DNA of 64,000 nt from an uncultured delta proteobacterium. GTDB lineage: Bacteria; Desulfobacterota; Desulfobacteria; Desulfobacterales; Desulfosalsimonadaceae. Both the position numbers and the translations under genes were made by a program. Shown here one piece after another: positions 22,345-31,434 of this stretch. Within the stretch, counting starts at the first letter, position 1. The number at the start of each line of letters is the position of its first letter. Below the pieces are notes generated by a model. That model had not been told where the DNA came from. It saw only the letters and a list, made by a program, of their open reading frames with translations, and did no database searches. The stretch covers positions 64,001-128,000 of the forward strand of contig CAWGYD010000003.1 in assembly GCA_963826785.1 (NCBI GenBank), read 5' to 3'.

Positions 22345-23223
22345 CTATTTCAGATGAGGGTGAGCGCCAAAGATCTCCAGGCCACGCTGAGATAAGCCGA
22401 TGGATCGATATTTGAGCATGCGCGTGGCATGGATAATCCACCGCTCTTCCTCCCCCGCCCACTCGGTGATTTCCCTGTTGGACTGCCCCCAACTGCCAAA
22501 GGATCTGCGGGTCAGGCAGAACCGGCACATGGGGACGGGCCGATCCAGGAATTCGAGTATTTCCAATGGGCCTGAATCATCATGGATATCGATGAAATCC
22601 CCTTCCTGGGCGGTTATCCCCTGGCTGAAATAATCACTGAAAATGTGCGCATGGGCCGGAAAAAAGCAGGTGTAGATTCTGCCGTTCCCCAGAAACGGGG
22701 TTTTAAACATCTTCCGGCAGTTTGAAAAACTGGCTGCGGGATCGGAATCTCCTTTGATGTTCATATGCTTGAAAAATTTACTAATTTCAGGAGGGATCTT
22801 GATCGATACCTGAGCCGCCTTCGCCCGTCCGGCGATCGCGTCGATGTCCAAATCGATGGGATAGCGCGAAAGCTTGATGCGGATACGATTTGTACGGCAG
22901 GTTTCCCAGAACACGGGCGGCATCTGCAGCAGCAAAATCCCGTTGGTAAAAATGGAGATATCCGACCGGGGAAACAAACCCCGCACAAGCTGGACAAAAA
23001 AGTTGATTCCAGGATGAAGGAGCGGTTCTCCGCCCATCAGCCGGATTTCCCGGATATGGCCGAACAGATCTCTCATCTTTCTGAAATCCCGTTCAAAAAT
23101 TGCGGGATCGGTAAAGACAGGCCCGTTGACCAGGGGTGCAAAATGGCTGCATCCCCTGCAGTTCAAATTGCAATGATCCGTCAGGTGCGTTTCCAGGATA
23201 TGGGGGAAAATCGGGCCGGTCAT
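22345..23223 (-). CDS. radical SAM protein
   Basis: CNLNCRGC (CX3CX2C), MGGEPLLHP, FTNG; additional C-terminal cysteines (NC, YTC, CRFC). Confidence 0.88.
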   Translation of the reverse strand: MTGPIFPHILETHLTDHCNLNCRGCSHFAPLVNGPVFTDPAIFERDFRKMRDLFGHIREIRLMGGEPLLHPGINFFVQLVRGLFPRSDISIFTNGILLLQMPPVFWETCRTNRIRIKLSRYPIDLDIDAIAGRAKAAQVSIKIPPEISKFFKHMNIKGDSDPAASFSNCRKMFKTPFLGNGRIYTCFFPAHAHIFSDYFSQGITAQEGDFIDIHDDSGPLEILEFLDRPVPMCRFCLTRRSFGSWGQSNREITEWAGEEERWIIHATRMLKYRSIGLSQRGLEIFGAHPHLK

Positions 23224-24509
23224 GTGAGCCTCTGGTCGAAGATGTTTTTGATGACCGGCAGGTATCGGTACATTCCATATTGGTCGGCGATCTGCTTCAG
23301 GTCCCCTTCATCGGGTTTTATGAGGGCATCGATTTCAGCCCGGCACGTACTGAGCAGGTCTTTGGGCCCGGTTTTGACCAGAGCGTATTTTCGGCCTTTC
23401 AGGTCCTGGCCGAAATCACCAATGGATTGGAGGAGGATCAGGCTGTTTCCGGTGACCAGGTACTCGGGAATCTTGACCGGCGAGGAGACCCGGCTGACCC
23501 AGTCGTCGGTGCGCGTGGCCACCCCGATATCCGCTGCATTGTATATGCCGTTTAGATCCTCACCGCTCACCGATTCGATGATGAGGTCCGTCAGGTGGTA
23601 TTTTCGGGCATAGCGGGCGGCTTTTCCGGTATCAAAAGTGGCGATCATGAACCGAAACTCGTTTTCACCGCCCAGGCGCTGCATCCGTCTGAAGAATTCA
23701 AACAGCAGGTCGGGCATCTGCCATTTCTGCAGCATACCACTGTATAAAAAAAGTTTCTGGTCGTCGGCTATGCCATATTTCAGGCGATACTTTTGCCGGA
23801 TGCCGGTATCGCCAAAAAATGCTGCCGGGTCATAAAAGCAGGGGATTACCTGGATTTTCGATGCCTTTATTCTGTAGCGATCCATCACATAGGCTTTAAA
23901 CCTTCCGGAAACCACTGAAATGGAATCCGCCCGGGCCGTATTGATCCTTCCCAGCAGTTTCAGCACGGCAAATCGTACCATCCGAAAAATCAATGGCGAT
24001 TCGGAATAGAGCAGTTCTTCTTCCGGGGCGAGGCCCAGCATATCGAAATGCAACCACGTTTTTTGCAGCCGGTTCCGGATCAACAATCCCAGAAAACAGT
24101 TGAAATAGTTATGGGCCCATATAAAGCGACGGTTGAAAGGGGCCGCTTTTTGAGCAATCTCGCTAAACGCCCCTATCATGCCCAGGAGCGTTCTTCCCCG
24201 AATATGGACAAACTCGATGGCCGATCCGTTTTTATGCGCCATTTCCGACAGGTGATGTTCCTTGGCTGCCAGAATACCGGCCTGTTTCGGGTTCATTGAG
24301 ACAGGAAGAATAATGGTCATGATGATACGGGGGAAAAATGCCGGTCTGAATCGAAACAGATTCCGGAGAAAGGCCGTGTTGATATTGTCAAACAGGCCTT
24401 CCCAGAAGTTCAGACCCGCAAGAAAGATCAGAACTTCAGGCGGGTATGACGATGCCGCGGATTCAGATGATACATCTGCTTTTTTGTCGTTTTCCGCCAA
24501 TTTCTGCAA
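23220..24509 (-). CDS. GT-B fold (GT4-like) glycosyltransferase
   Basis: LYSGMLQKWQ, YNAADIG, SSPVKIPEYL; ATGA overlap with the radical SAM gene. Confidence 0.75.
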   Translation of the reverse strand: MQKLAENDKKADVSSESAASSYPPEVLIFLAGLNFWEGLFDNINTAFLRNLFRFRPAFFPRIIMTIILPVSMNPKQAGILAAKEHHLSEMAHKNGSAIEFVHIRGRTLLGMIGAFSEIAQKAAPFNRRFIWAHNYFNCFLGLLIRNRLQKTWLHFDMLGLAPEEELLYSESPLIFRMVRFAVLKLLGRINTARADSISVVSGRFKAYVMDRYRIKASKIQVIPCFYDPAAFFGDTGIRQKYRLKYGIADDQKLFLYSGMLQKWQMPDLLFEFFRRMQRLGGENEFRFMIATFDTGKAARYARKYHLTDLIIESVSGEDLNGIYNAADIGVATRTDDWVSRVSSPVKIPEYLVTGNSLILLQSIGDFGQDLKGRKYALVKTGPKDLLSTCRAEIDALIKPDEGDLKQIADQYGMYRYLPVIKNIFDQRLT

Positions 24510-24767
24510 TCTGATCCTCTGGCATTATCAATTTTAGATATTTTCCAATGCTTGAATATGGCCCCTTCAGGTCAGGAATTTTACCTTTTTTCAAAGCAAT
24601 TCACAAGAATCATGTGCCAATCTCCGGTTGCAGAAAATTTCCCGGGCAATCATCATTACACTTGCGGCCAGGCACTGATCCATGTAAATATCGAACCAAC
24701 ATCGTATGCGCCAGCCTTTCTTTTTCTTTAGAATATCAAATTCAATACATATCAAGGAGCCGATTTC

Positions 24768-25328
24768 ATGCGACTTTACGTACACAAAAGCCACCTGTTG
24801 ATCTGTCTGTCCATTCTGCTTATTGCGTTTATCTGCCCGTCTGCGGGTTTTTCCCAGAACCTGCAAGGCGGAGGAAGCATACAGGGGACCATCGGGGACA
24901 ATGAACCGGAAACCTGGACCGTCCTGGATGCGCAAGGGAACAAGGGGGAAGTGAAAACGCTCATCGTCAAGGCCAAGGTGACGGGGCAAGTTGAAAATGG
25001 CAAGTTGATGATTCAGCTGGTGGCCCCCGACGATCTTCCCACGGGGCTGGTCATGATTGAAGAGCCCCTGTCAGAAGGCGCCGTTCCGGCGGTGAACAAA
25101 TACCGCAAAGGACTTCGTTACACCCGTCATTCCGAAAAGAAGGGAGATATGATCGGCCGCGCTTACTGGCTCGGCCCCGGAGACCATGTCTGGATGATCG
25201 ATCGCAAGATATCCCGGGATGCGCCGGGTACGATCTACCGCAAGGGTTCCGTCATTGCCGGAAACACGCTCGATCAGGACATGATGCTCAACCAAGACGG
25301 CTCGCTGAAGCCCGCGTCCGACCAGTAA
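24768..25328 (+). CDS. hypothetical exported protein
   Basis: AAGGAG SD; hydrophobic N-terminal signal; no family recognised. Confidence 0.65.
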   Translation: MRLYVHKSHLLICLSILLIAFICPSAGFSQNLQGGGSIQGTIGDNEPETWTVLDAQGNKGEVKTLIVKAKVTGQVENGKLMIQLVAPDDLPTGLVMIEEPLSEGAVPAVNKYRKGLRYTRHSEKKGDMIGRAYWLGPGDHVWMIDRKISRDAPGTIYRKGSVIAGNTLDQDMMLNQDGSLKPASDQ

Positions 25329-25476
25329 CCGTAATTGATGTGACGCCGGTATGATAACTGCCGGAAAAGCAAAACAGGTGAATGCCGTTGCGGCAAGGCC
25401 GACTACCATGAGGCAGTATAAGTATCTTATTTTCAAATATTATGTGACCGGATAACCAAAAAGTTTATCATCTGAA

Positions 25477-26850
25477 ATGACCGTTAAAGCCAAACGCCGG
25501 CAAAGGGCGATTTCCATGCCTGACCTGGTGGATCATATCTGCGCTTTGCGGGAACAGGGCAAATCCGCACCGGTTCTTGTCGCTTTCTGTTTCTCGGATG
25601 AACTGGCATTGAAAGCCTGCCTGATCGGCTGCAGGGAAACGCGATCCATTCCGGTGGTCATGGCCACCACCAACCAGGTGAATACGGACGGCGGGTATGC
25701 GGGGATAGATGCGGCCGAGTTCGTGCGCAAGGTCAGGCGGCTGGCAAAAGACGTCGACTTTGAAGGCCCGGTGGTATTCGGCCGGGACCACGGCGGCCCC
25801 TATGTGATCGCCGCGCAGAAAGACCGGCCCCGCCCGGAAGTCATGGAATGGGTGAAGCAGAATATCCGGCAGGATCTCGACGCCGGATTCACCTGCTGGC
25901 ATGCGGACGGCACCAGCGGCAGGGACGATGAACGGGTCGGCGGTACGCTCCCCCTTTCCGTCATTTCCGATACCACCCTGGAACTCATCGCCTGCTGCGA
26001 AGAAACATGCAAATCCTTGGATATTGGCCCAATTTCATACGAAGTGGGTTCTGAGGAGCAGACCGGCGGACTGACCGCACCGGACACCTTTGAAAAGTAT
26101 CTTTTTCTTCTGACCAGGGGCATTCATACCAGGGGCCTGGCATCGGCCCGGATTGATTTTATGGTGGCCCAGACCGGCACCCACATGCAATTGACCCGCC
26201 TCGGAGAGGACCGCCCCCCTGAACTGATCCAATCCGGCTTTAAACCGCAGCTGGTGCGGTACCTGGACCGAATCGCCGGCAAATTCCGCAAAGATCGGCT
26301 GAAGCTGCTCTTTACCCAGCATTACTCGGATCATATCACGCCGGCGGATGCCGCCGCCCTGCTGAAATCCGGAGCCGGCAAAGCCAATTTCGGGCCGGAG
26401 ATGACCATGCCGGAAATTTCCATGCTGCTGAAATGGGAAAGGCAGGAGTGCGCTATTCTTGAAAAGCGAGGCCAAAAGGAGCGCGCATCCGGATTCCGGC
26501 AGACAATGATGGCGGCGCTGGACCGCTCGCCGGATTTCTGGCATTTCTATATACCCGCAGATGCCCGACCGGCCGGCGAGAACATCAGCGGTCCCTCTAT
26601 GGCATCACTCTCTCCCCTGCTCCAGGATGCCCTGATCGTCTTTCGGGGCCGATACGTCAAGAGCAGTCCTGCCTGTGCCGCTGCGGCCAGCCGCCTGTTG
26701 AAAAATACCGCCCTTTTGGGCATCGACTCCCACCCGGAAGCCACTGTCATCGAGGAAATAAAAAACAGAACCGTACTGCCCCGCATACGCCAGTTCCGGA
26801 TGGAAAACCTGATGGATGCCGTTTCCATCAGTTCCGGAAGCGCTGACTGA
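25477..26850 (+). CDS. GatZ/KbaZ-like protein (tagatose-bisphosphate aldolase non-catalytic subunit / hexose-phosphate 4-epimerase family)
   Basis: ATTNQVNTDGGYAG, GRDHGGP, WHAD, YEVGSEE, QHYSDH, ANFGPE. Confidence 0.75.
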   Translation: MTVKAKRRQRAISMPDLVDHICALREQGKSAPVLVAFCFSDELALKACLIGCRETRSIPVVMATTNQVNTDGGYAGIDAAEFVRKVRRLAKDVDFEGPVVFGRDHGGPYVIAAQKDRPRPEVMEWVKQNIRQDLDAGFTCWHADGTSGRDDERVGGTLPLSVISDTTLELIACCEETCKSLDIGPISYEVGSEEQTGGLTAPDTFEKYLFLLTRGIHTRGLASARIDFMVAQTGTHMQLTRLGEDRPPELIQSGFKPQLVRYLDRIAGKFRKDRLKLLFTQHYSDHITPADAAALLKSGAGKANFGPEMTMPEISMLLKWERQECAILEKRGQKERASGFRQTMMAALDRSPDFWHFYIPADARPAGENISGPSMASLSPLLQDALIVFRGRYVKSSPACAAAASRLLKNTALLGIDSHPEATVIEEIKNRTVLPRIRQFRMENLMDAVSISSGSAD

Positions 26851-27006
26851 TTCTTCGGATCAATGGCACAAAATACACCTTTGCAAACAATTGAATACAT
26901 CTTGCCCCGTATGGCGAAATCGTGCCGAAAACAGGTATGAATAGTACTTGAAATCCGAGACAGCTGCACCGTCAAAGCCGTTTAATTGAATGACGAGGAC
27001 ATGCCA

Positions 27007-28098
27007 ATGCCGAAAGATCCAGTATGCGGGATGGAAGTAGACCCGTCCGGCCCGCCGGTCGGGCATCAGGGAAAAGAATATCATTTTTGTTCGGCTCACT
27101 GCAGGGAAGCGTTTGTGCAGGATCCCGATCGGTACGCCCGGGCCATTCGGCAGACCGGGACGGAAATCCGCAAGGTGGTGATCGTGGGGGCCGGTCAGGT
27201 CGGCGCCACTTACGCCTTTTCCCTGATGATCAGCGGACTTGCCAGCAGCATCGTCCTTATCGACCAGGACGCCAGCCTTGCAGAGGGGCACGCCATGGAT
27301 CTCAACCACGGCTTGTCTTTCGCGCAGCCCACCCGTATATCAGCGGGGAATTTTGATGACTGTGCAAACGCGGATATCGTGGTGATGACGGCGGGGGCCG
27401 CCCAGAAGCCGGGAGAGACCCGGATCGACCTGGTGCGGAAAAACACGGCGATTTTCAAGGAGCTCATACCGCAGATCGCCCGGCATGAGCCCAAGATCCT
27501 GCTGATCGTCACCAACCCGGTGGATATTCTCACCTACGTCTCCTTGAAGATCTCCGGCATGCCCATGAACCGCGTCATCGGGTCGGGCACCACCCTGGAT
27601 ACGGCCCGTTTTCGATTTCTGCTCGGTCAGCAGTGCCGTCTGGATACCCGAAATGTGCATGCGTATGTCATCGGCGAGCACGGGGATTCCGAGGTGCCGG
27701 TGTGGAGCCAGGTGAATATCGCAGGCGTTTTATTCACCGATTACTGCCCGGCCTGTCCCATGAACTGCACCGAAGAAAATAAAAAAAAGTTGTTCGATCA
27801 GGTGAAAAACGCCGCCTATGAGATCATCGCCCGGAAAGGCGCCACCAACTATGCCATTGCCATGGCCCTGGTGCGGATCACCGCAAGCCTCCTGCGTGAC
27901 GAAAACAGCGTATTGACCGTGTCCACGTTGATCGACAACTACTACAAGATCGAAGACGTGTGCCTGAGCGTTCCCGCAGTGCTCAACCGAAGCGGCCTCT
28001 CCCGGCGGATCGCTCTGAAACTCGATGATGACGAAATCAGCAAGCTGCGGCAATCCGCCGAACTGTTAAAAAACGTGATTCGACAACTCGACATATAA
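27007..28098 (+). CDS. ldh: L-lactate dehydrogenase with an N-terminal YHS domain
   Basis: YHS: KDPVCGMEV...YHFCSAHCREAF. LDH: GAGQVG, AGAAQKPGETR (Gln specificity residue), TNPVD, LDTARFR, GEHGDS, KGATNY. Confidence 0.88.
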   Translation: MPKDPVCGMEVDPSGPPVGHQGKEYHFCSAHCREAFVQDPDRYARAIRQTGTEIRKVVIVGAGQVGATYAFSLMISGLASSIVLIDQDASLAEGHAMDLNHGLSFAQPTRISAGNFDDCANADIVVMTAGAAQKPGETRIDLVRKNTAIFKELIPQIARHEPKILLIVTNPVDILTYVSLKISGMPMNRVIGSGTTLDTARFRFLLGQQCRLDTRNVHAYVIGEHGDSEVPVWSQVNIAGVLFTDYCPACPMNCTEENKKKLFDQVKNAAYEIIARKGATNYAIAMALVRITASLLRDENSVLTVSTLIDNYYKIEDVCLSVPAVLNRSGLSRRIALKLDDDEISKLRQSAELLKNVIRQLDI

Positions 28099-28111
28099 TG
28101 ATTATCATTTC
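28093..28111. promoter_or_regulatory. Fur-family operator-like palindrome overlapping a TATAAT hexamer
   Basis: AATGAT-T-ATCATT perfect inverted repeat at 28097-28109; TATAAT at 28094-28099. Confidence 0.6.
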
Positions 28112-28169
28112 AGGATATGCTTAAACCCAAAACAACTGCTTCAGACTTTCAACTAAAAGGAGATACCAG

Positions 28170-28571
28170 ATGAAAAAAATAATGATTACCGCACTTGCCC
28201 TGTTTTTCGTATTGGCGTCCATCGGCATCTGCGGCGCCCAGACACAGACCCCTTCTTCCGACAAATCCACGGGACAGACCGCTCAGAAGCAATGCCCCAT
28301 GATGATGCAGCAGAAAGGCGCACCCGGCGCACAAATGAATTGCAAGGGGTATTCCATGGGGGGACACGGCAGAATGGAAAAGGAAGTGGTCGCCACCCAG
28401 GATGGCGGGGTGGTGGTGCTGATGGGCGGCCGGCTGTTGAAATATGACAAGGATCTCAACCTGGTCAAACAGGTGGATGTTCCCATTGACGAGTATATGA
28501 AGAAGATGATGGAAGCGCACCACCCGGACATGATGGACCAGCAGACCCAAACCGGAACCCCGGCCCAATAG
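28170..28571 (+). CDS. Met-rich exported protein
   Basis: AAGGAG SD; signal peptide; CPMMMQQ, YMKKMMEAHHPDMMD. Confidence 0.7.
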   Translation: MKKIMITALALFFVLASIGICGAQTQTPSSDKSTGQTAQKQCPMMMQQKGAPGAQMNCKGYSMGGHGRMEKEVVATQDGGVVVLMGGRLLKYDKDLNLVKQVDVPIDEYMKKMMEAHHPDMMDQQTQTGTPAQ

Positions 28572-28588
28572 ACTGATAAAGGCGAATA

Positions 28589-29488
28589 ATGGACCAGAAT
28601 GCTTACGACGTGGTCATCATCGGATCCGGACCGGCGGGGCTTCAGGCCGCCATTCATGCCGCCCGGCGAAAGGTGTCGGTCCTGGTCCTTGGAAGACTCC
28701 ACAGGAGCAGCGCCTATGGCGCGCATATTGAAAATTACTGCTGTGTGAGCGGCAGCACGGGTTCGGATCTACTGGAGCAGGCCCGGCACAAAGCCGAGGC
28801 ATCCGGCGCCGAATTTGCCGAGGAGGACGTCACCCACATCCACCCGGAGAACGGCCGCTATCGGATCATGGTGGAAAGCGGACATCACGTGTCCGCCAAA
28901 TCCATCATTCTGGCCATGGGGATCTCCCGGAAAAAGCTGGGGTTGGAAAAGGAAAAGACGCTTCTGGGCAGCGGCGTGAGCTATTGCGTGGATTGCGACG
29001 GCGGTTTTTTCAAGGGGGAGCGTGTGGCCATCACCGGGTGCGAGAGTGCCGCCATCGCCGGAGCGCTGACCCTGCTGTTCTACGCCGAAGAAGTCCATCT
29101 CGTCTGCGAAAAACTGGATGTGAGCGACATTTTAGCGGAAAAGCTCAAGGAAAGCGATATCCGCGTCCATGAAGGCCGGAAGGTGACCAAACTGATGGGT
29201 GATGGTTCCCTGACCGGCCTGGTTTTGGATGACGGGACCCGCCTGGATGTTACCGGATTTTTCATCGAACTCGGGGCGCTGGGCGCCGTCTCCCTGGCAG
29301 GCAGCCTGGGCGTGGCCCTGGATTCGGAAACCATGAAGTATATCCAGACCAACAAGAAACAGGAGACCAACATCGCCGGCATCTATGCGGCCGGCGATAT
29401 CTGCGGACCTCCCTGGCAGGTGGCCAAATCTGTCGGGGAAGGCTGCGTGGCCGGGCTCGAATCTGCGGCATATGCAAAGAAACATTAG
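28589..29488 (+). CDS. thioredoxin reductase-like flavin disulfide oxidoreductase
   Basis: IIGSGPAG, GVSYCVDCDG (CXXC), IYAAGD; NADPH motifs degenerate. Confidence 0.85.
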   Translation: MDQNAYDVVIIGSGPAGLQAAIHAARRKVSVLVLGRLHRSSAYGAHIENYCCVSGSTGSDLLEQARHKAEASGAEFAEEDVTHIHPENGRYRIMVESGHHVSAKSIILAMGISRKKLGLEKEKTLLGSGVSYCVDCDGGFFKGERVAITGCESAAIAGALTLLFYAEEVHLVCEKLDVSDILAEKLKESDIRVHEGRKVTKLMGDGSLTGLVLDDGTRLDVTGFFIELGALGAVSLAGSLGVALDSETMKYIQTNKKQETNIAGIYAAGDICGPPWQVAKSVGEGCVAGLESAAYAKKH

Positions 29489-29555
29489 GCCCCTGCTCAA
29501 TCGTCCGGCTCTTGCCCGCCTAATCTTTTACCCGGATGGGCTTGATCGTTTGGGC

Positions 29556-29591
29556 CGCATCCTGTTTTGGTCACGCCTCCTGTTTTGGTCA
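29556..29591. repeat. 2 x 18 bp tandem repeat
   Basis: CGC(A/C)TCCTGTTTTGGTCA twice, between convergent genes. Confidence 0.85.
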
Positions 29592-29601
29592 TTGGCGATG
29601 A

Positions 29602-30663
29602 TCAGATTTTCCCGCGCTCCCGGGCGATGCGGAGGTAGGTCTCCATGCCGGTTTCCGGAGGCAGATACTGCTGGTCCTCTGATTTCTTCACCAGGCGAAC
29701 CGCGTCCGTGGGGCAGGTGGAGACACATAGCCCGCACCCGATGCACCGCTTCAGGTTGACGGCGGCAATATCATCGGCCATCTCGATGGCATCCATCTGG
29801 CAGCGGTCCAGGCAGGTCTCGCACCCGGTGCAGGCCTCCTTGTCGATTTTCGCATAATAATTGCTTTTAACCGCTTCTGCCGGATTGTCCTGCTTTTTCA
29901 AAGACCGGAGCATACCGCAGCAATCGCCGCAGCAGCTGCACATACCGCCCACAATCTGCGAATTGAAGGGCTGCATCACCAGCCCGGCCGCCTCGTTCTG
30001 TTTCAAGACGGTTTTAGCCTCTTCCTTGTCGATGTAGCGGCCCATGCCGTTGTCCACGTAATAGTCCGCGTGGGAGCCGAATATGAAACAGGCCTCGATG
30101 GGCTTTTCGCACCCTTGCCCGGCCTTCTTGGCCGTGGTCCGGCAGATGCAGGGCGCCAGGGCGATTTTTTTCTGGTCATCGATGATCCGCATCACGTCCT
30201 CATACGCCGCAATCGGCCACTCGGAAACGATGGTGTTGTTGATGGGGATGGTCCGCAGCACCGGGGTGGAAAAGGCCTGAAAAGTCTTCCCCAGGGCGGC
30301 TTCATAATAGTCGCCCAGGTCTTGGGCCAGCTCGGGGCTGACCCGGTTGAGCTGGAATTCGAAAATGCCAACCACAAAGGGAACGGCCGCATACCTGGCC
30401 CGGTCATTCTTTTTCTGTCGGAACAGCAGCCCCCGAAGCGCCATATCCTCCAGGTGATCGGCCGTCTCGGCAAGAGGGAGATTTAAACGCGCACACACAT
30501 CCGCCGGCGTTTCCAGCATGGGCGTCATCATCAGAAACAATTCGGCATCGGCCGGCTTAAAAAGCTGCTCGAGAATTTTTATTTCCACACCGTTATGCGT
30601 GGCCGGAAAACCGGTGCCCAGATCATCCAGTCGCTGACGCAGCTGCTCATATCGTTCATCCAT
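29602..30663 (-). CDS. 4Fe-4S dicluster protein with Cys-rich central domain
   Basis: CICR, CSCCGDCC, and C-terminal CTGCETCLDRC / CIGCGLCVSTC ferredoxin motifs. Confidence 0.85.
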   Translation of the reverse strand: MDERYEQLRQRLDDLGTGFPATHNGVEIKILEQLFKPADAELFLMMTPMLETPADVCARLNLPLAETADHLEDMALRGLLFRQKKNDRARYAAVPFVVGIFEFQLNRVSPELAQDLGDYYEAALGKTFQAFSTPVLRTIPINNTIVSEWPIAAYEDVMRIIDDQKKIALAPCICRTTAKKAGQGCEKPIEACFIFGSHADYYVDNGMGRYIDKEEAKTVLKQNEAAGLVMQPFNSQIVGGMCSCCGDCCGMLRSLKKQDNPAEAVKSNYYAKIDKEACTGCETCLDRCQMDAIEMADDIAAVNLKRCIGCGLCVSTCPTDAVRLVKKSEDQQYLPPETGMETYLRIARERGKI

Positions 30664-30796
30664 TTCATTTCTCCCTCATGTACGTTTATGAAAATTTTAT
30701 ACTTCCATAAAATCAATGCGATTGTAAAGCAAAGAATCCGGCTGCGGGAGCGGTGAAATTAATCGCGGAACGAAGCGCCAGCCGTCGCGCATGTGA

Positions 30797-30825
30797 TTGA
30801 CTTCATTTTCGAATTGTCTTAGATT
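30797..30825 (+). promoter_or_regulatory. sigma70-type promoter of the TPR gene
   Basis: TTGACT-N17-TAGATT. Confidence 0.5.
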
Positions 30826-30888
30826 GGATTAGATTCAATTTATATTGATCTGTTTTGATCACAATTGCACAAGGATTTCGGAGGCATC

Positions 30889-31413
30889 ATGAATAAGTAC
30901 GGTTTTTTGATGGGCCCTTTAATGCTTTTTTTTCTGTTTCTTCCCTCCGCCGGGGTTGCGGGCGATACGAACATCCGCGTAAATGTCGATCCCAGGGGCA
31001 TGTCGGATGAAATCATCAAAATGGAGGATCACAAAGCCCGGATGATAGAGCAGGAACGCCAGCGGCTGGAGCAGGAGCGCATCGATTCATCCAACGAGGC
31101 GCTGCAGGTGGGGGAAGTCTATTTTGAGAAGGGCGATCTGGAAAACGCGGCATATTATTATCAAACAGCCGTTCAGATCAATGAAGCCAATCTCAAAGCC
31201 CATGAGCGGCTCATCGAAGTCAACCGCCTGCAGGACGAGCAGCGGATGCGGATAGACGATCATTACCAGAAGGCCCTGCTCTACCTGAAGGAAGGCGTCA
31301 GGGATAAAGCGGTGGACGAACTGGTGGCCGAACTCAAGAACAATCCGGACAACCAGGCTGCCCGCATCAAGCTCAATGAAATCGAAAACAGCACTTATCC
31401 GCCTCAGCCATAG
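30889..31413 (+). CDS. exported TPR protein
   Basis: Signal peptide; GEVYFEKGDLENAAYYY and ELKNNPDNQAA TPR-like helices. Confidence 0.7.
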   Translation: MNKYGFLMGPLMLFFLFLPSAGVAGDTNIRVNVDPRGMSDEIIKMEDHKARMIEQERQRLEQERIDSSNEALQVGEVYFEKGDLENAAYYYQTAVQINEANLKAHERLIEVNRLQDEQRMRIDDHYQKALLYLKEGVRDKAVDELVAELKNNPDNQAARIKLNEIENSTYPPQP

Positions 31414-31434
31414 GCCGTTCTCATTTGCTGAGCA

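Noticed and set aside
28589..30663. Selenocysteine read-through in the redox genes
   Set aside because: Both ORFs look full-length with Cys at the motif positions; no in-frame TGA needing recoding was seen.
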